Source of the DNA: Adineta vaga
Taxonomy: Eukaryota > Animalia > Rotifera
Direction: 5' to 3'
DNA: 64,000 nucleotides
Assembly: GCA_021613535.1 (NCBI GenBank)
Contig: CP075496.1
Span: 868,001 to 932,000, forward strand
Below the pieces are notes generated by a model. The model worked only from the letters and a program-made list of their open reading frames with translations. It was not told the DNA's origin and did no database searches. A program made the translations under genes and the position numbers. Positions 25,501 to 35,023 of the stretch are shown one piece after another (the stretch's first letter is position 1; each line of letters opens with the position of its first letter).

Positions 25501-28500
25501 ATCTATTAATTGATGAATTAAGAACACGTTTACGACAATTACATATCTTTGTACCACGTGATGTCGATTCTGATCAAATACAAAGACGAAGAAATCCAAT
25601 AATTCAACAACAAAATTTACTTAATCTTAAAGTTTGTTTTCTTGTACATCTTCAAGATGAATCTTATTCATTTTTCAATTTAGATTATTATTGCTGGTGC
25701 ATTCTATCCAAATTTCTATATTCGTGAACCAATTCAATCCGAAGCAGTTGATCGAGAATTATCATCCAAAGATCCATCAAGAACAGTTATGGTTGTTCTT
25801 TCAATAAAATATTTCAAGATCTAAGAAATCTCTTTTTTCGTTATCTATTTAGCTTCGAAACATTCCAATCAATGAAGGAATTTTATATCGAAATCAAATT
25901 GAACAACAACTAAAAATATTAGTTGGTGTTGAAGATATGAAAATAACATTTGAAAATACAAAGTAATATGAATTTTCTCTTGAAAATATCTATCGTTTCT
26001 TGATATCTCAATAGAGCTCTTGTAGAATTTGCATCACAACATTCAACACGTCAAATAGTTAATCCATCAGAATTACCAATTGATCAAATTGTTACATCAG
26101 CAACATCACATACGACTATTCTTCCAGCTGTTTATTTTGCTGTTAAAGCTCGGTAAGAAAATCATTTTTCAATTTTCTAAAAGAAAATTCTTTTTGTTTT
26201 TAAAGAATGACAAATCATAAAATAATTCTTCAAACATTCGAACGATCAGCAGCATTACATCGTGTTGAACGTCTTCGTTTGTATATGTCTGGTGTTGATA
26301 TTCAAGATCAAATGTTAAATGGTGAACGAGATTTATTTGAAGAACATCACGATGCTTTACTTCATTTAGCTCAACGGCAAAGTAAAAACGAAAGAAAAAG
26401 AGAAATTCAAAATATATCTTTTAAAAACTTCTAGCTACGATTTATTCGTTACCACAACAAAGATTACCGGATATAAAATGTCAATATTTAACAATTAACA
26501 TTTCAACTGTTGTTGATGTTAATCATTTTTGGGCACAATATACTGATCGAGAAAGCAATATACAAATGAAACAGATCAATGACATTTTATCACGTTCATT
26601 AACTCCATTTACAGCAACATTAGTTGAAATTGGAATGATGTGTGCTGCACCATTTGTTCTTGTATCACCTCAAGCAACATCGTCAAATGATGAAAATCAA
26701 CAAATTATTAAACGATATCAATATTATCGAGCAAGAATTATACATCGAATTGATAATGTTACTGTTGATGTCTTTTTTGTTGATTGGGGAAATACAGAAC
26801 ATATATCAATTGATCAATGTAAGTTCGATTCTAAGTGGAAGAAAAATCTTTATTCTTCTTTTAGTACGTATACTTGATCCATTATTAATGAAAATTCCTC
26901 CACTTGCATTTGAATGTCAATTATGGTCGATTCGACCAAATGTTGCTCGTTATCCATTGAATAATTGGCCTGTTGCAGCATTAAATTATGTTTGTTCACT
27001 TATTCTTGAACGACAAGTTGAAGCAGAAATCAAAGCTGTAGCACGAAATATTGTCAAGTGCGATATTCTATTAGATATTCAACCGAATCGAACATTACAA
27101 AATCAACATCATAACGAAATGGGACGAATGACACTTCGACAAAGTTTAATTCAAAAAGGATTTGCTGAAACAACAAATGAAGAACATGTTTTCGAAGTAA
27201 GAACTATTATTTTCGAAACAGATTGATCCAAATTATCTTTTTTTTCTGTTGATTTAGCATGATTATCGAATACGTCGTGATGCTCAACGATTTGTTAGTC
27301 ATTCGACTGATCTATCATCAACTACTGATCCAAGTAATACATCTGCACAAATTATTAATGTTCCAAAAGAATTGTGTGAAGTTTATGAACGAAAAGAAAT
27401 TGGTCAACCTGTGACATTAACTGGTAATTTCAATATTCACAAGAGACATCGCTTTCGATTATTTCTTTCTCTATTTTAGGTCCATATTCACCATTAGAAG
27501 CAAATCATTCATCATGTCATTATGCAACTAAAATGCGTCGTGTTCAAATCGATGGTGATTCCATTAATTCTGTTGGTTTAGAAGAAGAACAACATTGTAA
27601 TTATCGTCGTTTACTTGTGGCATTTGGTGTTCATCTTTCACAAACACGACAAATTGTTTCACTTCGTCACACAACATTGATGCCTTCGATTCGTGGTTTA
27701 CCAGCATTGATCGCAATGATATTTGCGCCAACCATTGAATTAAGGTAAGAAACAAATGATATGAATATTTATATGAATTCTCTTTTTTTGATCTTCTAGA
27801 CTTGATGAAGAAGGTAAAATGAAGACAGGTGTTCTCTGTGGTTTAGGTTTCAATCCCGTAACAAATACTTCTCTCTATCCTGATCATGATATGGATATTG
27901 GATTTGATGTACAAATATCAACTGAAGATCTTGTTCGAGTATGTTTTTTTAATCTCTTCTTTTGCTTTTTTTTCAATAATTCTATGTAGATCAATGAAAT
28001 TCGTAAACAAATGAATTTAGCATTATATAGTGCTGAATCCGCTGGAAATAAAGATCTAATGCGATCCGTTCGACGAATCATTTGTACTGAATTACAAAAG
28101 TTTGTTTTCTTTTATCTCGTTGTTTGTTAAATTAAAATTGACTTTTTCTTAATCAAATCATAGATTACTTGAAGCAAAACGACCACCAAATCGGAACAAC
28201 TATTTTGGAACATTTCAATGGAATCGAGTAAGAATTCATGATAAAAAAACAATGATTTATTTAAACCTATCTATCTTTCATTGATGTTTAGTTGAATCCA
28301 GATGATCGTGTTCCAAAGATGGCTGAAGATGTTTCACCTGATCACCTTCGATTGTTTCCACTTCATGATGATGTCATTACACGTACAGTTGAAATCGATG
28401 ACGATTACCGTCTTAAAATGATGTATCATTTGATTTGGTTGAGAGAAAAAGCAACAATGTAAGTAAATCTTTTGTATTCTGACAATCTTTCATATATATT

Positions 28501-28649
28501 CTTCTGTTTGTAGTACAACATTTAGTTGTCACGTGACTTGTGAATTATGTGATATGGATTTCAATTATACATCTGATTTATTTGCTCATCTGTCATCAAG
28601 TCAACATCGAGAACTTGTTCGCCAACTTGAACTTACTCATTGCGTATAG
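22546..28649 (+). CDS. TDRD9: ATP-dependent RNA helicase TDRD9/spindle-E (DExH, HA2, RRM-like, Tudor, C-terminal zinc finger), multi-exon
   Basis: GNTGSGKSTQIPQYILD, TQPRRIAA, LDE/VHERD, MSAT, LVFLPGL, ATNIAESSITIPDV, QRRGRAGRV; Tudor YYRARI..VFFVDWGN; GPYSPLE and TTLMPSIRGLPALIAMIFAPTIELR (spn-E specific); C-x2-C..H..H at the end. Confidence 0.93.
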
Positions 28650-29936
28650 TTTGTTTTCTGTTCATTCTCTTGTAGTTATGTTACTTTTTTTTGTCATACT
28701 TCCTTTTTGAATAAATGTTAGTTTTTGGTTACTTTTTCATCAGTACATAGTTTTTCATTTTTGTGCAAGTTCAATAAGAAACGTGAATTGTATAGAATAA
28801 AGGAAATGGAGTATATAGGTAACTTTATTTTGTGTAATGAATGATTGTTCAATGTCAAACAATGAACAGATGTGATAGTGGTATCTGAAAGACAAGGTAT
28901 GTTTTCGTATCTTCCTATCAAATTCTTTCATATCATTTTTTGTTTTAGGTTCTGCGTTTTAATTGTGATAGAATTAGATTGATTTAGGTCGAACGAGTGC
29001 TTTTTACATGGTGATGAAATTAATATTTTCTGAAGGCAAAATTTGTTTTTTATTGACGCAAGAAATATTTTCAAAAAGATTATTTAATTCTCGTTCTCCA
29101 ACACAGATAAAATTTATTATTTTTATGGAAAAATGATGTACAAATTGTAAAAACAAATTGAAAATATTAAATTATTAAACAAACAAATTAAATTATGAAA
29201 AACAACAATTAATTTGAACGAGCACAATGTTCACAGAAGTAAAACAAAAAAGAGAAAACAAAACAAACAATTTTCACCCACCACCGCCATTATTTAGACG
29301 TTTCACCGTCGGTTTGGTTGAAAGCACACCTCGACTGGAAGCACAAATGAAGAAAAAGAACGATTAAATATGAAAATTATATGCTGTATATAAGTTGTAT
29401 TATGATCTGAATAATTACACTTACCGATTACCATGCATTCCGAGTTTTCTCAGTGCTTCATTGATCAGACCAAGTCAGTAGTTATTAACTTCAGCCCGTT
29501 TGACTTCCATCAGATCAATCTTTTTTTCCGTTTGCATGGATTGGTACGTGTACTTTTCTTTATCTTCTTGTTGTTTTCGCTGTTTTTCATTTAGACAAGC
29601 GAAATTATTGTTAATTATCAGTTTGTCGACCATCAGCTGTTGTGACTCTTCATTCACTTCCTTTTTTCTTACATCGACCTTCATGATTTCATCATCCAAG
29701 TGCTTTTTCTTTTCGACCAACTCCATATTCTCGTCATCCAAATGCTTTTTCCTTTCGTCCATCTTTATGTTCTTGTCATTCAACCATACAATGGTCTATT
29801 TGAATTCTTTCTGAATTGAGAAAAGAAGAAACAGATATCATTTCCGATTGAAATCATGAGTCTTCGAATCTTCATAATTATATACATATACACATGCATA
29901 CCTTCGTCCTTCATAACTTCGGAAGTCGTCATAACT

Positions 29937-30450
29937 TCGGGTCTTAAGGGTATAACGGTGTAAGTGTATAAGGGTCTAAGGGTCTAAAGGGTCTCAGGGT
30001 CCAAAGGGTCTAAGGGTGTAAGGGTCTTACACTCTTATACACTTACACCCTTTAGACCAGAGATGGGCAAGTCAGAGGTTTCTACAAGTCAAGTCAAGTC
30101 GCAATACTTCCTAAGTCAAGTGGTTTTTGGCCTAATTGTGACATAATTCAGGTCGAAAAGTAGCTACGCAATCTTACTAAGCTGGCAGTTATGCATAATT
30201 TATCTAACAGATGAATGACACACATAATTAGATCGGTTTTCCGTGGTTGACTTGTAATTTGACCTACAGGGGAAAGCCCAAGTCCAGTCAAGTCAAGTCA
30301 ATAGCTTCCAACAAATATCTCAAGTCAAGTCAAGTCAGACTTGGACTTGACTTTACTTGTTTCAAGTCAAAAATGACTTGACTTGCCCATCTCTGCTTTA
30401 GACCCTTAGACCCTTTAGAACCTTATGACCCTTATACCCTTAGACCCTGA
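29937..30450. mobile_element. Foldback/MITE-like element built of (TAAGGGTC)n and (GACCCTTA)n inverted arrays; host of the nested hAT MITE
   Basis: Left arm GGGTCTTAAGGGTATAA..AAGGGTCTAAGGGTCTAAAGGGTC; right arm GACCCTTAGACCCTTTAG..TTATACCCTTAGACCC is its reverse complement. Confidence 0.65.
30058..30395. mobile_element. hAT-superfamily MITE, 338 bp
   Basis: 17-bp perfect TIRs CAGAGATGGGCAAGTCA / TGACTTGCCCATCTCTG; perfect 8-bp TSD CTTTAGAC (30050-30057, 30396-30403); subterminal (CAAGT)n arrays. Confidence 0.93.
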
Positions 30451-32415
30451 GTCTTTCAAATTGACTAGGGTGAAAGCATCTAACTGGGTATACAGATTTT
30501 CCATCACTAGTGATGAATTAAGGCGAGTCTATGAACACAGTACTGGATTTATGTCTGGTCATGGTCAAGTGAAATGATAAGAATCGTGAAAAATAATGTG
30601 AACAATTGTGTGTTGCACCATCTGGATATATAACAATGACTGTCGGTCATTGAATAGAACCAATTGTTTGTTTTAGACCCGTATACCCAGGGTTGTGTGG
30701 AAAAAAATGCTTATGGCTTGTGATTTTGAATTCAGAAAGAATTCAAAAAGACCATAGAGTCCATTCAACTGCGTTCTTTGCTCTTCGGTTGATGTCATGT
30801 TCTGATTTATTACGTTAAGTTGATCTTGAATCATCTGATTATCATTAGTCAACCGGGATAACTCTTCGTCTATTGGCACTAAAGCATCACGATGAATTTG
30901 TTTTAATTTAATTAGCAATTCGAGCTCCATTTCCTGAAAAAAAGAAGACATTGTAGTATGTAGTTATTAGAGAGACAAATGTGTTTCTTTCGAATGTTCG
31001 TAGTTTATTTTGAAAAATGTAAAAACACATACACACGTCACACCACTCTCTTCTCTCTCTAACACTTTACTGAGAAAAACATGTATATATATATAATCAC
31101 ACAAAGAAAAGTGAATACACATATATCACGAATAAAGAGAAGAAAGAGATGATATCATCAAAAGAAAAGATCTAGGTCGAGAGAGAGATGGAAGATGAAA
31201 GACGAAATCAATGAAAAGAAAGAGAAGACTAGAATATGAAGAGATAGGTGTCGCCTGTAACAGTAGTTTTGGTCTATAATTCTTATCTCTTATAATATTC
31301 TAGTTTATAGTTAGTGTTTGAAGACAAATGAGTAAACTACTAATTACTCTGCTAATTGAACAAATAAGTTGGATTTCATCGGATGTGCCAGCATTAACTG
31401 TAGTAGGTTGATGAACAGTTGAGGGTGATGGTGGAAGGACAGTTGGTGACGGTGGAAGGTGAACACGCGGTGATGGTGGAACAACAACTGGTAGAAATAT
31501 AGAAACAGTTGTTGTTGTTGGTGGTGGTGGTAAAGTTGGCGAAGGCGATGGAACCATCGGCGGTGGAGTTGAGACCAATAGTAACGACGTCATACTCACC
31601 GATAAACGATTGAGCGGCGATACAGGTGGTGTTGGACGTCTGATTGATCTTTTTGCTTCGATGACTATAATAAGTAATAAAAACATTATCTAATTTTTTA
31701 ATATTTTTTTAATTTTACCTCCACTATCAAAATAAATCACAAATGCCAATTGGTCCGGTGTGCAAGAACGTTGGCTCCATTTTTTCTGGTTCCTCTTCTA
31801 CCAGCCTTTTCCAATTTGCGAAGATGACGTCGAAGGCATTCGTTGATGGCGTCGGAGTTTCCATCAAAAGCAAAAACTTGACTATTCTTTAAAATCTTCG
31901 ACGCAGTCTTTGTTGTGGTGGACATTCTGAAACGAAAAAAAGGCAAATGCGATTTGGTGAAAATATTTTCCATTATGATCTTTCAACGATAATTATTTTC
32001 ATTCACAGGAATCCAGACTTCTACTTTCAAAGCTCTGCTTCAAACAAAGTATGTTGGTTCTTGTTTGAAAAAAGATCAATTTATTTTATTAAATTTATTT
32101 TATTTTTAGTTTTTACGGATCAACAGCTCAGATCGAACACGATCAATTTGATTTATTTTATCGTGATTTAATATTTCTCAACAAGGTTCGTTTACATCTT
32201 TTAAATATCTTCAATTATCACAATTAAATGTATTATAAAACGTATTTAGATTTGCTTCACGAGGCAATTTATAAATACAGAATAATACTCGAACGTTGAT
32301 TTTTAAAAAAAATTTCTGATTATTTATGTAAAAGTGTGTAATTTCATATCGATCGTTTCTATGAATTGTTCGTTGCTTTTGTTCTCAACGAAAAAACAGT
32401 TTTAGCTTTTTACTG

Positions 32416-32475
32416 TGAGGGTGTGGGTGTAGGTGAGGGTGTGGATGATTAGCTAGTGTTCACGCCACACCCTCA
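32416..32475 (+). repeat. Interstitial telomere-like repeats with an inverted partner
   Basis: TGAGGG TGTGGG TGTAGG TGAGGG TGTGG followed by CCACACCCTCA, the reverse complement of TGAGGGTGTGG. Confidence 0.55.
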
Positions 32476-32514
32476 AGAAGTGGTTTTTGTGTACGTAGGA
32501 AGTGAACTAGGTAA

Positions 32515-32702
32515 ATCGATCATAATCAACGGATTCTGGTCCAAATTTTGCCGGAATTCGATAGTATACAGTCGGATTATCTAGGGATTCCAGTATATTC
32601 CGACGTCAGAATCTGTTAGTTAGGGTTCCAGTGAATTTTCTAGGTGTTTTGGCCGGAATTACGTGCGACCGATTGGATCCGGTGTACCCATTTTGAACTG
32701 GG
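32515..32702. mobile_element. Probable one-ended non-autonomous DNA transposon fragment
   Basis: GC-richer tract with recurrent GGATT/CCGGAATT motifs ending in TTTTGAACTGGG; no partner terminus found. Confidence 0.4.
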
Positions 32703-33087
32703 AAGCTCCTTCATATCTTTATATCCAATAAAATGACTAGGTTTTTTCAAGTAATGTTTATTGAAGTGAATCAACGAATCGTAGAATTGCATACGTATGG
32801 GGGTATGGTGGGTACACATGAATATCCTTCATGCATGTTTTTTTCATGACGTTGCACTACACAGTTTATCTTTCCCTCGCATTTCTTGTCCAATATAAGT
32901 AAAAAGAAACGTGTTTATACAACGTAGAACCTATAGTTTTTTTTATATTTCAAATTGCATTTTGGAAAAAAATCGGATCTCATTTGTACATATACCGCAG
33001 GACTTCGAGATCTAACGGAAAAACGCCTTTAATAATGACTACCGCCAGAGATATTACATTTGACACTAAAGTAATTCACTTTTTTCA

Positions 33088-33126
33088 ACTTTTTGTACCC
33101 TTACGACTCGTAAGGGTACAAAAAGT
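33088..33126. repeat. Perfect palindrome with 19-bp arms and a 1-nt centre
   Basis: ACTTTTTGTACCCTTACGA-C-TCGTAAGGGTACAAAAAGT. Confidence 0.95.
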
Positions 33127-33130
33127 CTTT

Positions 33131-33288
33131 TAGGGGTGGGACATTTACGTTTATTTAAAATAAACGTAAACGGTTTTCGTTAACGTTAATAATAACGGTT
33201 AACGGATTGAACAGAAACCGTTAACGTTAATATTAACGTTAACGAAAACCGTTAATTAACGGGCGTTAAATTAAATGGTCCACCCCTA
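33131..33288. mobile_element. hAT-like MITE, 158 bp, internally palindromic
   Basis: TIRs TAGGGGTGGGACATTTA / TAAATGGTCCACCCCTA; internal arrays of (CG)TTAACG; right flank CTTACGAC recurs at 33100-33107. Confidence 0.8.
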
Positions 33289-33823
33289 CTTACGACCGAA
33301 TGTTGTCAAAATTCAACATGTTAGCATTCGGCTCGATTTTAGTTCTTTTAACTCCAAAATGGAATTCGGCAACCTCCACACCTAAAAGACAAAGAATATA
33401 ATAAATTAGAATTGTTTGCTTGCTATCTTCTGGTAGCCGGCTGGAAAGGATTAAGTAGCAGTCAATTTGATCCTTGACTTCCATAGTTAGTAAGCACTAG
33501 TTTGAATAAAAGACAAATTCTTCTATTAGCTTTAATACTTTATACATGAACTTCTGTATTATTTTTCTTACTGTCATTCGTGAAGCTATATAAAGACTCA
33601 GGAATTAGTTGTGAAGACTTAAGAACTCTTCGAAAAACTATGTACTAACGTTCTTTGTGACAAAGTATACTGATAAGAAAATGAAAGAAGAAATTATATT
33701 CACATACTAGAGATAAGTTATTTCGTTGTTCTTTTTTTTTTCTTTCCACTGGCGATCTTCCAGATAACAAATAACATATAAAGTTCAAAATTTCAATTTC
33801 TCTCAAACATAAGTAATCAATTG

Positions 33824-34785
33824 ATGATATCTTTAACACATACAAATAGACAAAATTTTATAAGAAGTCTCGTTCTAATTTTCATTCTATTGTTGATTTA
33901 TTCGATCACACCTCGATCGACACAAAATACGATTGATTTACCAACATTTTCACCAGCGTCAATTCATTTAGTAACAGGTTTACTTGCCAATCGTGATTAT
34001 GCATGGAATGCCGAAGAGAACCGACAAAATGAAACTGGTGCTTGGTTATTAGATCCTTTATTAGATCATATTAATAAAACTGTATATAATTCAGATATAT
34101 TATTAACATACACTAATATAAAATCTTTCGCAATATTAAATCGATTTGCACAACAAACATGGCAACAAGATATTTTGAAATCTTTATCAACTCGAAATAA
34201 TATTGATATAAGACCTATAGCACAATACAAAAGAAGTCAAGAATGTCCTTATTATTTTACTTATATTATCGATCAGTATTATGCTTTACCTGAAATTATT
34301 CTATTTTCACATGGTCGACCAGAAGTTCATAATCCTCATATAATTCAACAGTGGTCATGGTTTATTGAACAAGTACAACACGATAAATATCGTCAATTTT
34401 TCAATGCATCCATAGGTTATTTAAGTTCTAATTGTGGTATTTATGTGAAACGATATATTGGAAGTCGTCCAATTCTTGATTAACTTGGTTATAATCGAAA
34501 TATGAATCCATTGGCAAATCAGATCAAAACATTATATGTAGGTACTTATTGTTGTGCTCAATTTATTGTTCATCGTTCTCGTATTTTACAACATCCAATA
34601 TCTTTTGGCGTTTAGCATTAAAACTTACTATTGATATGAATGATTGTTCTCATTTTGAACATCTATGGCATATATTTTTTGGTGAACCAGATGAACTCGA
34701 TCAACGTAAAACACTTGCCCATTGGTATAAAGAAGCACATCCTCATGCCGATGAAAACTGTTCAATACATGTGATTACTGATTAA
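33824..34785 (+). pseudogene. DUF3431-family type II membrane protein, intronless, with one nonsense codon and one frameshift
   Basis: ECPYYFTYIIDQYYALPEIILFSHG..HN motif. After TAA (34481-34483) the same frame continues to YCCAQFIVHRSRILQHP; a one-base deletion in the T-run at 34603-34606 shifts to FWRLAL..FEHLWHIFFGEP. Confidence 0.78.
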
Positions 34786-35023
34786 AAAATAGTGACTCAT
34801 CATCATTGTACTTAACGTGTTCAATTAATATAGTTTTTCAGTATTTTCGAATGAAATTCGTATTTAATAACATGAAGAAAAATGTTTGCTTTTATTGTAA
34901 ATCAAAGAATGACAAGCTTTATCGAATTAAGTTTCCAAAGAACTTTTTCCAATAGATATACTAAATGATTAAAAGATAATCGAGTTCATACTTTATTATA
35001 ACAATAACAATAATAATAACAAG

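Larger units (their letters stand above)
29274..31925 (-). pseudogene. Degraded multi-exon gene: basic N-terminus, Pro-rich linker and long coiled coils; interrupted by MITEs
   Basis: Same-strand ORF pieces 31737-31925, 31300-31686, 30673-30951 and 29475-29812 with GT-AG junctions. In-frame stops (KEFK*TI, NNY*LG). Codon use is more GC-rich than in neighbouring genes. Confidence 0.55.

Noticed and set aside
28742-33645. 15-bp inverted match AGTACATAGTTTTTC / GAAAAACTATGTACT bracketing the repeat island
   Set aside because: No TSD and AT-rich; such a match is plausible by chance in 64 kb.
34481-34483. Stop-codon readthrough or an alternative genetic code in the DUF3431 gene
   Set aside because: A separate frameshift lies downstream and other genes use TAA as a normal stop; decay is the simpler explanation.
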